Source: Bacillus subtilis subsp. subtilis str. 168
GTDB lineage: Bacteria > Bacillota > Bacilli > Bacillales > Bacillaceae
Assembly (NCBI RefSeq): GCF_000009045.1
Contig: NC_000964.3
Location: forward strand, 990,001 to 1,022,000
Direction of reading: 5' to 3'
Length of the DNA stretch: 32,000 nt
In this document: positions 8,402 to 21,226 of the stretch, piece after piece
Numbering within the stretch: position 1 is the stretch's first letter
How the letters are laid out: the number at the start of each line of letters is the position of its first letter
Program-made: the position numbers and the translations under genes
The notes under the pieces: generated by a model
Seen by the model: the letters and a program-made list of their open reading frames with translations, nothing else
Database searches by the model: none
What the model was told of the DNA's origin: nothing

Positions 8402-9943
8402 TTGTCTGAGAAATTAGATTTGACCCGGTTTGAAAAGAAAATGGTTATCCGCAATATCGAAGAGAAAGACATCGACAAGATTATCGATCTTCAAAAGGAC
8501 TGCTTTCCAGGAATGGAGCCTTGGAAGCGGGAGCATTTAATCAGCCATTTGGAGCATTTTCCGGAAGGACAGTTTTGTGCAGAATTCGAAGGTGAAATTA
8601 TCGGTTCGTGCTCAAGTCTCCTGATTAACTTTGATGAATATGATGACCGCCATACGTGGCAGGACATTACAGATGACGGTTATATCACCAACCATAATCC
8701 TGACGGCTTGAATATGTACGGAATTGAAGTCATGGTGCACCCGAAATACAGACGAATGAAGATCGGCCACCGTTTGTACGAGGCGAGAAAGGACTTAGCC
8801 AGACGCTTAAACCTGAAAAGCATCATCATAGGCGGACGGATTCCAAACTATCACAAATATGCAGAGGAAATGACAGCGAGAGAGTATGTTGAACAGGTGA
8901 CACGCCACCAAATTTACGATCCGGTTCTTTCTTTTCAGCTGATGAACGGCTTTACCCTTATGCGAATTAACCCGAACTATCTCCCGGATGATACAGCTTC
9001 GATCAAGTATGCGACGCTGATGGAATGGAATAATGTCGATTATCTACCGCAGCAGACAAAACGCTATTATAAATCGGCGTTCCCTGTTAGAATTTGTGTG
9101 ATCCAATACGAAATGAAGAAAATTTATTCCTTTGAGGAATTTGCGAATCAAGTAGAATACTATGTCGATGTTGCTTCCGACGCAAGATCTGATTTTGCGG
9201 TGTTCCCGGAAATTTTCACAACCCAGCTGATGTCCTTCCTTGAGGAACGGTCACCGAGCTTGGCGGTGCAGAGAATTACCGAGTATACAGAAGATTACAT
9301 CAGCCTGTTTACTGACTTGGCTGTGAAGTATAACGTCAACATTATCGGCGGATCTCATTTCGTCGAAGAGGAAGGCAAGATCTATAATATCGCTTACCTG
9401 TTCAGACGGGACGGAACGATCGAGAAGCAATACAAACTCCATATTACGCCGAATGAACGCAAATGGTGGGGGATCAGCGCAGGAGACCAAGTTCGCGTGT
9501 TTGATACGGACTGCGGGAAAATCGCGATCCAGATCTGTTATGACATTGAATTTCCTGAGCTTGCCCGGATTGCGGCTGATAAAGGAGCCAAAATCATCTT
9601 TACGCCATTTTGTACAGAAGACCGTCAAGGCTATCTGCGTGTCAGATACTGTTCGCAGGCTAGAGCGGTTGAAAATCAAATTTATACGGTTATCTCTGGA
9701 ACGGTCGGAAACCTTCCGCAAACGGAAAACATGGATATCCAATACGCCCAGTCAGGCATCTTTGCCCCGTCTGATTTTGAATTCGCCCGAGACGGCATTG
9801 TCGGCGAAACAAACCCGAATATTGAAATGGTCGTCATCGGCGATGTTGACCTGGAAATTCTCAGAAGACAGCGCCAAAACGGTACAGTGCGCCAGCTAAA
9901 AGACAGACGACGTGATATTTATCATATTCAATATAAAAAATAA
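8402..9943 (+). CDS. yhcX: GNAT acetyltransferase domain fused to carbon-nitrogen hydrolase (nitrilase/omega-amidase-like) domain
   Basis: 513 aa. N-terminal GNAT-like region (GIEVMVHPKYRRMKIGHRLYEARK); C-terminal nitrilase fold with FPEIF, KLHITPNERKWWG, QICYDIEFPE. TTG start after AAAGGAGCGAG. Confidence 0.92.
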   Translation: MSEKLDLTRFEKKMVIRNIEEKDIDKIIDLQKDCFPGMEPWKREHLISHLEHFPEGQFCAEFEGEIIGSCSSLLINFDEYDDRHTWQDITDDGYITNHNPDGLNMYGIEVMVHPKYRRMKIGHRLYEARKDLARRLNLKSIIIGGRIPNYHKYAEEMTAREYVEQVTRHQIYDPVLSFQLMNGFTLMRINPNYLPDDTASIKYATLMEWNNVDYLPQQTKRYYKSAFPVRICVIQYEMKKIYSFEEFANQVEYYVDVASDARSDFAVFPEIFTTQLMSFLEERSPSLAVQRITEYTEDYISLFTDLAVKYNVNIIGGSHFVEEEGKIYNIAYLFRRDGTIEKQYKLHITPNERKWWGISAGDQVRVFDTDCGKIAIQICYDIEFPELARIAADKGAKIIFTPFCTEDRQGYLRVRYCSQARAVENQIYTVISGTVGNLPQTENMDIQYAQSGIFAPSDFEFARDGIVGETNPNIEMVVIGDVDLEILRRQRQNGTVRQLKDRRRDIYHIQYKK

Positions 9944-9948
9944 TTCCC

Positions 9949-9979
9949 AAAAAACCCGCCTGAATTGGCGGGTTTTTTT
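9949..9979 (+). terminator. Intrinsic terminator after yhcX
   Basis: AAAAAACCCGCC-tgaatt-GGCGGGTTTTTTT. Confidence 0.9.
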
Positions 9980-9989
9980 AAACAAAAGC

Positions 9990-10218
9990 GGAATTGTTTA
10001 GGTGCTTTCTTTAAAATAAAAGTAAATTGTATAGTGGATGTGCCTTATGGAGTTTCTGTATTTTCGCCATTTCCTATATCATACAGAAAACGGCTAGGCT
10101 TCACATTGCTATTGCAATGGCTGTCCAAGTTGTTTCGAGTGCGACCTTTATCAGTACGATGCTGAGCATTGTCACTTTGCCTGTTTTGCTTTGGAAGCTG
10201 CATCCTCTTTCTTCTTGA
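9990..10218 (+). pseudogene. Degenerate 3' remnant of an AEC (auxin efflux carrier)-type permease
   Basis: ORF 10027..10218 carries IAIAMAVQVVSSATFISTMLSIVTLPVLLW, resembling the C-terminal helix of AEC permeases. The adjacent frame holds VDVPYGVSVF, which continues into FCIFAISY after one frame change. No start codon/RBS or body of a transporter. Confidence 0.5.
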
Positions 10219-10250
10219 GAAAGGGGATGTTTTATTATTTACGCGGTTTA

Positions 10251-10279
10251 TTGACTCTGACCCGGTCTGGCTTTATATT
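10251..10279 (+). promoter_or_regulatory. Candidate sigma-A promoter for yhxA
   Basis: TTGACT (10251-10256) - 17 nt - TATATT (10274-10279). Confidence 0.65.
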
Positions 10280-10363
10280 GAAGGCAGGGAAATCATCACC
10301 AAGACATCACATAAAGAGAAGGTCTGTTTCAATTGAATTGGCATTATAGGGAACGCTAATGAA

Positions 10364-11716
10364 ATGGAGATGATGGGGATGGAAAACATTCAGCAAAATC
10401 AGGGATTAAAGCAAAAAGATGAGCAATTTGTGTGGCATGCCATGAAGGGAGCGCATCAAGCGGACAGCCTGATAGCCCAGAAGGCCGAAGGGGCCTGGGT
10501 AACCGACACAGACGGACGCCGCTATTTGGATGCGATGTCCGGTTTGTGGTGCGTCAACATTGGTTACGGCAGAAAGGAGCTTGCGGAGGCTGCCTATGAG
10601 CAACTAAAGGAGCTGCCTTACTACCCGTTAACGCAAAGTCACGCACCCGCAATTCAACTGGCGGAAAAGCTGAATGAATGGCTTGGCGGCGATTATGTTA
10701 TTTTTTTTTCCAACAGCGGATCGGAAGCAAACGAAACTGCTTTTAAAATTGCCCGCCAGTACCATCTGCAAAACGGCGACCACAGCCGTTATAAATTCAT
10801 CTCAAGATATCGGGCATACCACGGCAATACATTGGGAGCGCTCTCAGCTACCGGACAGGCGCAGCGGAAATATAAATACGAGCCTTTGAGCCAAGGGTTC
10901 CTGCATGCAGCTCCGCCAGATATATACCGGAATCCTGATGATGCAGACACGCTTGAAAGCGCAAATGAAATCGACCGCATCATGACATGGGAATTAAGCG
11001 AAACGATTGCCGGGGTCATTATGGAGCCCATCATTACAGGCGGAGGCATCCTAATGCCGCCGGACGGATATATGAAGAAGGTGGAGGACATTTGCCGGCG
11101 CCACGGAGCCCTTTTGATTTGCGATGAAGTGATCTGCGGGTTTGGACGGACAGGTGAGCCGTTCGGGTTTATGCACTACGGTGTGAAGCCTGATATCATT
11201 ACGATGGCAAAGGGAATCACAAGCGCGTATCTGCCATTGTCAGCGACTGCTGTGAAACGGGACATTTTCGAAGCGTATCAGGGGGAAGCTCCTTATGACC
11301 GTTTCCGCCACGTGAACACGTTCGGCGGAAGCCCGGCTGCCTGTGCTTTGGCGTTGAAAAACCTGCAAATTATGGAGGACGAACAGCTGATTCAGCGATC
11401 CCGTGATCTTGGAGCAAAGCTTTTAGGTGAGCTTCAAGCTCTGAGAGAACACCCGGCAGTCGGGGATGTTAGAGGAAAAGGGCTGCTGATCGGAATCGAA
11501 CTCGTCAAAGACAAATTGACTAAAGAGCCGGCTGATGCCGCCAAAGTAAACCAAGTGGTTGCGGCGTGCAAAGAAAAAGGGCTGATCATCGGCAAAAACG
11601 GCGATACAGTCGCCGGCTACAACAATGTCATCCAGCTTGCGCCGCCATTTTGCCTGACAGAAGAGGACCTTTCCTTTATCGTGAAAACGGTGAAAGAAAG
11701 CTTTCAAACGATATAA
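10364..11716 (+). CDS. yhxA: Class III PLP-dependent aminotransferase (BioA/omega-transaminase-like)
   Basis: 450 aa; FFSNSGSEANETAFKIARQY, LICDEVICGFGRTG, DIITMAKGI, NTFGGSPAACA. Confidence 0.92.
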   Translation: MEMMGMENIQQNQGLKQKDEQFVWHAMKGAHQADSLIAQKAEGAWVTDTDGRRYLDAMSGLWCVNIGYGRKELAEAAYEQLKELPYYPLTQSHAPAIQLAEKLNEWLGGDYVIFFSNSGSEANETAFKIARQYHLQNGDHSRYKFISRYRAYHGNTLGALSATGQAQRKYKYEPLSQGFLHAAPPDIYRNPDDADTLESANEIDRIMTWELSETIAGVIMEPIITGGGILMPPDGYMKKVEDICRRHGALLICDEVICGFGRTGEPFGFMHYGVKPDIITMAKGITSAYLPLSATAVKRDIFEAYQGEAPYDRFRHVNTFGGSPAACALALKNLQIMEDEQLIQRSRDLGAKLLGELQALREHPAVGDVRGKGLLIGIELVKDKLTKEPADAAKVNQVVAACKEKGLIIGKNGDTVAGYNNVIQLAPPFCLTEEDLSFIVKTVKESFQTI

Positions 11717-11717
11717 T
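11712..11717 (+). promoter_or_regulatory. Candidate -10 element for glpP
   Basis: TATAAT overlapping the yhxA stop codon (TAA 11714-11716), 27 nt before glpP. No clear -35. Confidence 0.35.
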
Positions 11718-11743
11718 ATAAAAGTGAATTATTAAAGGAGCAC

Positions 11744-12322
11744 ATGATGAGTTTTCACAACCAGCCGATCTTACCGGCTATTCGCAATATGAAGCAATTT
11801 GATGAGTTTTTGAACAGTTCATTCTCTTACGGTGTTATTCTTGATATTCATCTCGGCCAGCTGAAGGGCGTGATCAAAGAAGCGCAAAAGCACGGAAAGA
11901 ACATGATGGTGCACGTCGATCTCATTCAAGGGATTAAGCATGACGAATACGGTGCGGAATTTATATGTCAGGATATCAAGCCCGCTGGGATTATTTCCAC
12001 AAGATCGAATGTGATTGCCAAAGCGAAGCAGAAGAAAATTTATGCCATTCAGCGCCTGTTTTTGCTTGATACAAGCGCGATGGAGAAAAGCATGGAGTTT
12101 ATCGGCAAGCATAAGCCTGACTTCATCGAAGTGCTTCCCGGCATCGTTCCGTCACTCATTCAGGAAATAAAAGAGAAAACAGGGATTCCCATCTTTGCCG
12201 GGGGTTTCATCCGTACGGAAGAGGATGTAGAGCAGGCATTGAAAGCGGGGGCTGTAGCTGTCACAACATCTAATACCAAATTGTGGAAAAAATATGAAAA
12301 CTTTTTGACGGAAAGTGATTGA
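11744..12322 (+). CDS. glpP: Glycerol operon antiterminator GlpP
   Basis: 192 aa; [68 protein letters not shown]. Located immediately before glpFK. Confidence 0.95.
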
Positions 12323-12347
12323 CACCGCTTTCATGCACTGATACAAT
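12319..12347 (+). promoter_or_regulatory. glpFK sigma-A promoter with overlapping cre (CcpA) site
   Basis: TTGACA (12319-12324) - 17 nt - TACAAT (12342-12347). TGACACCGCTTTCA (12320-12333) fits the cre consensus TGWNANCGNTNWCA at every fixed position. Confidence 0.85.
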
Positions 12348-12381
12348 TGCACTAGGTTAATACATTGTGATGGAGAACTCG

Positions 12382-12448
12382 GAGACCACAGCAGCTCTTT
12401 ACGGCAAATGTTTATGCACCCGTAAAGCGGTTTGTTGTGGTTTTTTTA
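12382..12448 (+). promoter_or_regulatory. glpFK leader conditional terminator (GlpP antitermination target)
   Basis: GAGACCACAGCAGCTCTTTACGG...CCGTAAAGCGGTTTGTTGTGG-TTTTTTT: long hairpin plus U tract between promoter and glpF. Confidence 0.85.
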
Positions 12449-12500
12449 TTCTCTTCTTCTCTATCATGCTTTTTAATCGTGACTTTAGGAGGAATGTGCT

Positions 12501-13325
12501 ATGACAGCATTTTGGGGAGAAGTCATCGGTACGATGCTGCTTATCATTTTTGGTGCAGGTGTTTGTGCAGGTGTCAATTTAAAGAAATCGCTTTCATTCC
12601 AGTCTGGCTGGATTGTTGTTGTATTTGGATGGGGATTGGGTGTTGCCATGGCGGCATACGCGGTTGGCGGCATCAGCGGTGCCCATTTGAATCCGGCGCT
12701 AACGATAGCGCTTGCATTTGTAGGAGATTTTCCTTGGAAAGAGGTTCCGGTTTATATTGCGGCGCAAATGATCGGAGCGATCATCGGTGCGGTGATTATT
12801 TATCTGCATTACCTCCCGCACTGGAAGTCAACGGATGATCCCGCTGCCAAGCTGGGTGTTTTCTCAACAGGGCCCAGCATTCCGCATACATTTGCAAACG
12901 TTTTAAGCGAAGTGATTGGGACATTTGTCCTTGTACTTGGAATCTTGGCCATAGGTGCAAATCAATTTACAGAAGGACTTAATCCTTTAATCGTCGGTTT
13001 CCTCATTGTAGCAATCGGTATTTCTCTGGGAGGCACCACCGGCTATGCTATCAATCCTGCACGTGACTTAGGTCCGCGGATCGCCCACGCTTTTCTTCCG
13101 ATTCCGGGGAAGGGCTCATCAAACTGGAAATACGCATGGGTTCCGGTAGTCGGCCCGATTTTAGGCGGATCATTCGGCGGTGTATTTTACAACGCTGCAT
13201 TTAAAGGGCACATCACAAGCAGCTTCTGGATTGTAAGCGTTATATTGGTTGTGGTATTGTTAGGACTCTATGTTTATACGAAATCACATTCTGCTAAAAC
13301 ATTATCAAATTCTAAATATATTTAA
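12501..13325 (+). CDS. glpF: Glycerol uptake facilitator (aquaglyceroporin)
   Basis: 274 aa MIP family; SGAHLNPALT and GYAINPARDLGPR dual NPA motifs; AGGAGG RBS. Confidence 0.97.
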   Translation: MTAFWGEVIGTMLLIIFGAGVCAGVNLKKSLSFQSGWIVVVFGWGLGVAMAAYAVGGISGAHLNPALTIALAFVGDFPWKEVPVYIAAQMIGAIIGAVIIYLHYLPHWKSTDDPAAKLGVFSTGPSIPHTFANVLSEVIGTFVLVLGILAIGANQFTEGLNPLIVGFLIVAIGISLGGTTGYAINPARDLGPRIAHAFLPIPGKGSSNWKYAWVPVVGPILGGSFGGVFYNAAFKGHITSSFWIVSVILVVVLLGLYVYTKSHSAKTLSNSKYI

Positions 13326-14834
<1,509 letters not shown>

Positions 14835-14847
14835 AGTAATACTATGG

Positions 14848-14853
14848 TATAAT
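14848..14853 (+). promoter_or_regulatory. Candidate glpD promoter -10
   Basis: TATAAT immediately after glpK; -35 weak (TTTTAA at 14825-14830, 17-nt spacer). Confidence 0.5.
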
Positions 14854-14887
14854 GGTTACAAGTTAATAAGAACGGTCCTGAGATGAG

Positions 14888-14944
14888 GAGAGACCACAGC
14901 ACCAAAGTGTAAGCATGCACTTTGGCTGTTGTGGTCTCTTTTTC
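14888..14944 (+). promoter_or_regulatory. glpD leader conditional terminator (GlpP target)
   Basis: GAGACCACAGCACCAAAGTG...CACTTTGGCTGTTGTGGTCTC-TTTTTCT hairpin; shares GAGACCACAGCA with the glpF leader. Confidence 0.85.
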
Positions 14945-14974
14945 TATTTACCGTGACAACAAGGAGGAAACGTA

Positions 14975-16642
14975 ATGATGAATCATCAATTTTCAAGTCT
15001 TGAAAGAGATCGCATGCTGACAGACATGACGAAAAAAACATATGACCTATTTATTATCGGAGGAGGAATTACAGGAGCCGGAACAGCTCTTGACGCGGCA
15101 TCAAGGGGAATGAAGGTCGCACTAAGCGAAATGCAGGACTTTGCGGCGGGAACATCAAGCCGATCAACGAAGCTGGTACATGGCGGCTTGCGCTATTTAA
15201 AACAATTTGAAGTGAAAATGGTCGCTGAGGTAGGAAAAGAGCGGGCGATTGTGTATGAAAACGGCCCGCATGTCACTACACCGGAATGGATGCTGCTTCC
15301 GTTTCATAAAGGCGGCACATTCGGTTCATTTACAACATCTATTGGGTTAAGGGTTTATGACTTCCTTGCAGGTGTGAAAAAGTCAGAACGAAGAAGCATG
15401 CTTTCAGCAAAAGAAACGCTGCAAAAAGAGCCTTTGGTGAAAAAAGACGGCTTAAAAGGCGGCGGGTACTATGTGGAATACCGCACTGACGATGCGAGAC
15501 TGACCATCGAAGTCATGAAGGAAGCGGTTAAATTCGGGGCAGAGCCTGTGAATTACTCCAAAGTGAAGGAGCTTCTTTACGAAAAAGGCAAAGCCGTCGG
15601 CGTATTAATTGAAGATGTGCTGACAAAGAAAGAATATAAAGTGTATGCGAAAAAAATTGTCAATGCTACAGGCCCTTGGGTCGATCAGCTCAGAGAAAAA
15701 GACCATTCGAAAAACGGAAAGCATTTGCAGCATACAAAAGGCATTCACCTTGTATTTGACCAGTCTGTCTTTCCGCTGAAACAGGCTGTATATTTCGATA
15801 CACCTGATGGCCGGATGGTATTTGCGATTCCTCGTGAAGGCAAAACATACGTGGGAACAACAGACACTGTTTACAAAGAGGCGCTGGAGCATCCGCGGAT
15901 GACAACGGAGGATCGTGATTATGTCATCAAATCAATCAATTACATGTTCCCGGAACTGAATATCACTGCGAATGACATCGAATCCAGCTGGGCGGGGCTG
16001 CGTCCGCTGATTCATGAAGAAGGCAAAGATCCTTCTGAAATTTCACGGAAAGACGAGATTTGGACATCTGACTCAGGCCTGATCACCATTGCCGGCGGAA
16101 AACTGACTGGATACAGAAAAATGGCGGAGCACATCGTTGATCTTGTCCGTGATCGCTTAAAAGAAGAGGGCGAAAAGGATTTTGGACCATGTAAAACGAA
16201 AAACATGCCAATCTCTGGCGGGCACGTCGGCGGTTCGAAAAATCTTATGTCCTTCGTTACCGCGAAAACAAAAGAAGGAATTGCAGCCGGTTTATCAGAA
16301 AAAGACGCAAAACAGCTTGCGATCAGATACGGCTCTAACGTAGATCGCGTCTTTGACCGGGTAGAAGCGCTGAAAGATGAGGCCGCGAAACGCAACATTC
16401 CGGTTCATATTCTTGCTGAGGCAGAATACAGTATAGAAGAAGAGATGACTGCAACCCCTGCTGACTTCTTTGTCCGCAGAACGGGACGTTTATTTTTTGA
16501 TATCAATTGGGTAAGAACATATAAAGATGCCGTTATTGATTTTATGAGCGAGCGATTCCAATGGGATGAGCAGGCGAAAAACAAACATACAGAAAACCTC
16601 AACAAGCTTTTACACGATGCGGTCGTACCGCTTGAGCAATAA
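14975..16642 (+). CDS. glpD: FAD-dependent glycerol-3-phosphate dehydrogenase
   Basis: 555 aa; [55 protein letters not shown]; AAGGAGG RBS. Confidence 0.97.
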   Translation: MMNHQFSSLERDRMLTDMTKKTYDLFIIGGGITGAGTALDAASRGMKVALSEMQDFAAGTSSRSTKLVHGGLRYLKQFEVKMVAEVGKERAIVYENGPHVTTPEWMLLPFHKGGTFGSFTTSIGLRVYDFLAGVKKSERRSMLSAKETLQKEPLVKKDGLKGGGYYVEYRTDDARLTIEVMKEAVKFGAEPVNYSKVKELLYEKGKAVGVLIEDVLTKKEYKVYAKKIVNATGPWVDQLREKDHSKNGKHLQHTKGIHLVFDQSVFPLKQAVYFDTPDGRMVFAIPREGKTYVGTTDTVYKEALEHPRMTTEDRDYVIKSINYMFPELNITANDIESSWAGLRPLIHEEGKDPSEISRKDEIWTSDSGLITIAGGKLTGYRKMAEHIVDLVRDRLKEEGEKDFGPCKTKNMPISGGHVGGSKNLMSFVTAKTKEGIAAGLSEKDAKQLAIRYGSNVDRVFDRVEALKDEAAKRNIPVHILAEAEYSIEEEMTATPADFFVRRTGRLFFDINWVRTYKDAVIDFMSERFQWDEQAKNKHTENLNKLLHDAVVPLEQ

Positions 16643-16648
16643 ATCATA

Positions 16649-16679
16649 ACGGGCTGTCTGCAGCCCGTTATTTCTTTTT
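16649..16679 (+). terminator. Intrinsic terminator after glpD
   Basis: AACGGGCTG-tctg-CAGCCCGTT followed by ATTTCTTTTT. Confidence 0.75.
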
Positions 16680-16712
16680 ACGTGCCGAAAGGGGGAGATC
16701 TCAGGTTATCAA

Positions 16713-16741
16713 GTGACAGAGGCACCCGCTTCATATAAAAT
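16713..16741 (+). promoter_or_regulatory. Candidate promoter for pgcA
   Basis: GTGACA (16713-16718) - 17 nt - TAAAAT (16736-16741), upstream of the ATG at 16774 and its AGGAGG RBS. Confidence 0.35.
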
Positions 16742-16773
16742 AATGGCATAAGCTGATACATAGGAGGACGAAT

Positions 16774-18519
16774 ATGACTTGGAGAAAGAGCTATGAACGC
16801 TGGAAACAGACAGAACATTTAGATCTGGAATTAAAAGAGCGCCTTATTGAATTAGAGGGAGATGAACAGGCCCTTGAGGACTGTTTCTATAAAGACCTTG
16901 AATTCGGTACCGGCGGAATGCGCGGGGAAATCGGCGCCGGGACAAATCGGATGAATATTTACACTGTGCGCAAAGCATCGGCCGGGTTTGCGGCATACAT
17001 CTCGAAGCAAGGTGAGGAAGCGAAAAAACGGGGCGTTGTCATTGCTTATGATTCCCGCCATAAGTCTCCGGAGTTCGCGATGGAAGCGGCAAAAACACTT
17101 GCGACACAAGGCATCCAAACATACGTGTTTGATGAGCTTCGCCCGACGCCAGAGCTGTCATTCGCTGTTAGACAGCTGAACGCTTATGGTGGAATTGTGG
17201 TAACGGCAAGCCATAACCCGCCTGAATATAACGGCTACAAAGTATACGGGGATGATGGCGGCCAGCTGCCTCCAAAGGAAGCGGACATCGTCATTGAGCA
17301 GGTAAACGCGATTGAAAATGAGCTGACGATCACAGTGGACGAAGAAAATAAGTTAAAAGAAAAAGGCTTAATCAAAATCATCGGTGAAGATATTGATAAA
17401 GTTTATACAGAAAAACTGACGTCCATTTCTGTACATCCTGAATTATCGGAAGAAGTAGATGTAAAGGTTGTTTTCACACCGCTGCATGGAACTGCAAATA
17501 AACCGGTCAGACGCGGTCTTGAAGCACTCGGCTACAAAAATGTAACGGTTGTCAAAGAACAGGAACTGCCGGATTCAAACTTCTCCACTGTTACATCGCC
17601 GAACCCGGAAGAGCATGCGGCATTCGAATATGCCATTAAGCTTGGGGAGGAGCAGAATGCAGATATTCTCATCGCGACAGATCCTGATGCTGACCGCCTC
17701 GGCATCGCGGTGAAAAACGATCAAGGCAAATATACAGTGCTGACAGGAAACCAAACCGGAGCGTTGCTGCTTCATTACCTGCTTTCTGAAAAGAAAAAAC
17801 AAGGCATCCTGCCTGATAACGGTGTTGTTCTCAAAACGATCGTCACAAGCGAAATCGGCCGTGCTGTAGCTTCTTCATTCGGCCTTGATACGATTGATAC
17901 GCTGACAGGCTTTAAGTTTATCGGTGAAAAGATTAAGGAATACGAAGCATCAGGCCAGTATACCTTCCAATTCGGTTATGAAGAGAGCTACGGTTATTTA
18001 ATCGGGGATTTTGCCCGCGATAAGGACGCCATTCAGGCTGCGCTTTTGGCAGTTGAAGTTTGCGCGTTCTATAAAAAACAGGGAATGTCATTGTATGAGG
18101 CGCTCATCAATCTCTTTAACGAATATGGTTTTTATCGTGAAGGGCTGAAATCCCTGACGCTGAAAGGCAAACAAGGAGCAGAGCAAATTGAAGCGATTCT
18201 TGCTTCCTTCAGACAAAATCCGCCGCAGAAAATGGCGGGCAAACAGGTTGTCACAGCAGAAGATTACGCTGTAAGCAAACGGACGCTTCTGACTGAAAGC
18301 AAAGAAGAAGCCATCGACTTGCCAAAATCAAATGTATTGAAATACTTCCTGGAAGACGGGTCTTGGTTCTGTCTCCGTCCTTCTGGAACTGAGCCGAAGG
18401 TTAAATTTTATTTCGCCGTAAAAGGGTCATCTTTGGAAGACAGTGAAAAGCGACTTGCCGTCCTTTCTGAAGATGTAATGAAGACGGTGGATGAAATTGT
18501 TGAGTCAACAGCAAAATAA
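16774..18519 (+). CDS. pgcA: Alpha-phosphoglucomutase / phosphohexomutase
   Basis: 581 aa; [23 protein letters not shown] catalytic Ser loop, [13 protein letters not shown] metal loop, [13 protein letters not shown]. (Also called yhxB.). Confidence 0.95.
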
Positions 18520-18529
18520 TTCAAGTATG

Positions 18530-18566
18530 AGCTGGGTCATTGTAAATGATCCGGCTTTTTCTTTTT
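18530..18566 (+). terminator. Intrinsic terminator after pgcA
   Basis: AGCTGGGTCATT-gtaa-ATGATCCGGCT stem (with G-U pairs) followed by TTTTCTTTTT. Confidence 0.7.
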
Positions 18567-18625
18567 CTCATCCAAAAGTCTGAAAGAAAATCATCCTACA
18601 AGTGAAGCAATGAAATACAAAAAAC

Positions 18626-18634
18626 TGGTATAAT
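18626..18634 (+). promoter_or_regulatory. Candidate extended -10 promoter for yhcYZ-yhdA
   Basis: TGGTATAAT (TGn + TATAAT), no good -35. Confidence 0.45.
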
Positions 18635-18667
18635 CTTAAATACAAGATCAATGCCGGAGTGAGAAAC

Positions 18668-19803
18668 GTGAGCAAAACGAGGATGGAAAAATTAAAAACG
18701 CTGAAAACGATTGCGGAAACCTTAAATCAAGGGCACGATATCAAAGCAACACTGGATGAGGTTTTAAAAGAGTTGCTGAGTCTGACAAACCTTCAATCCG
18801 GATGGATTTTTCTGATCGAAGAAGATGGGTCTTATACGTTAGCGGCCGACGCTTATCTGCCCCCGGCTTTAAGCCGCAAGGAAAAAGTGCTGATGTGCGA
18901 AGGGGAGTGTTACTGCCTGACGAAATTCAATAACGGAGGGCTTAGAAAAGCTGCAAATATCATGAACTGCAAACGCATCGAATCAGCAGAAAACCTGCAT
19001 TGTTTTGACACAGAAGGGATTACGCATCATGCAACTGTGCCTTTAGAAGACGGGGACAGAAGATTCGGATTGTTAAATGTAGCGGCGGCCGGAAAAACCA
19101 TGTTTGATGAGGAAGAGCTGCATTTACTCGAGTCTGTCGCCTTTCAGATCGGAACGGCAATCCAGCGTATGAGGCTTTCTGAATATCAACAAAAAAATGC
19201 TCTTTTAATGGAGCGTAACCGCCTCGCTCAGGAGCTTCACGATTCAGTCAATCAAATGCTGTTTTCCGTCAGTTTAACTGCCAAAGCTGCGAAGACACTA
19301 ACAAAAGATGAAAATTTACAGCAGATGATTGATTTCATCCAAAACCTATCACAGGACGCGCTCGCAGAAATGAAAGCGTTAATTTGGCAGCTTCGCCCCG
19401 GAGGATTGGAAAAAGGGCTGGCTGAAGCCATTAAAAGCTATGGTGCGCTCATTGGATTGAAGATCATTTTTACACAAAAAGGCTGTCCTGTTCTGACTGA
19501 TGAGCAGGAGCATATGCTATGGCGTGTCGTACAGGAAGCTTTAAATAACTGCAAAAAGCATGCCGGAACGGATACGGCGTATGTTAGTCTGACTGCTTCT
19601 TTGTGCCATGCGGAGCTGGATATCATCGATCATGGGGCAGGATTTCGCTATGAAGCGCATGCCGGTCTGCCTTCACTTGGCATAAAAGGTATGAAAGAGC
19701 GAGCGGAAAAAGCCGGAGCTAAGTTTTGGATTGAGTCAGCGCTTGGAACTGGAACAAAGCTGTCCATCAGGCTTCCGCTAAAAAGCCGAAAAGGAGGGGC
19801 GGT

Positions 19804-19807
<4 letters not shown>
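18668..19807 (+). CDS. yhcY: Soluble GAF-domain NarL-type sensor histidine kinase
   Basis: GAF-like N-terminal region, HisKA_3 H box (ERNRLAQELHDSVNQMLFSVSL), HATPase motifs (VVQEALNNCKKHA, DHGAGF, GLGIKGM-like SLGIKGMKERAE). No TM helices. GTG at 18668; 18659 is an alternative. Confidence 0.9.
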
Positions 19808-20981
<1,174 letters not shown>

Positions 20982-20983
20982 GT

Positions 20984-21226
20984 TTATGTGAGAAGGGCTA
21001 TTTGATCTTCATAAGTCAGCTCTGTGGCATGATCAATATATCGGAGAAGGGAATACAGCATCTTTTCTAAAACGGCGTAATCCTGTTCAAAATGATACGC
21101 ATGCAGAAAATGCTCAATTCGTTTTGATAACAAATCGTCCTCTGTACGCACCATTAAAATTAATAAATTATCCCATTGAGAACGATGGGTGTAATAAAGC
21201 GCTTTATCGTAATCGGCATAATCCAT
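20984..21226 (-). CDS. yhdB: Small conserved protein of unknown function
   Basis: 80-aa ORF with AGGAGAAGCGATTC RBS before the ATG; acidic/Tyr-rich. Confidence 0.8.
   Translation of the reverse strand: MDYADYDKALYYTHRSQWDNLLILMVRTEDDLLSKRIEHFLHAYHFEQDYAVLEKMLYSLLRYIDHATELTYEDQIALLT

Noticed and set aside
9251-9899. 148-aa plus-strand and 163-aa minus-strand ORFs inside yhcX
   Set aside because: Shadow ORFs in a GC-richer part of the nitrilase domain; no independent start signals or family motifs.
12437-12838. 133-aa ORF overlapping the glpF leader and 5' end
   Set aside because: Frame-shifted reading of glpF; it would begin in the leader terminator T tract.
16682-16740. Possible short leader peptide (GTG CCG AAA GGG...) before pgcA
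   Set aside because: Only ~18 codons, no convincing RBS, overlaps the candidate promoter.
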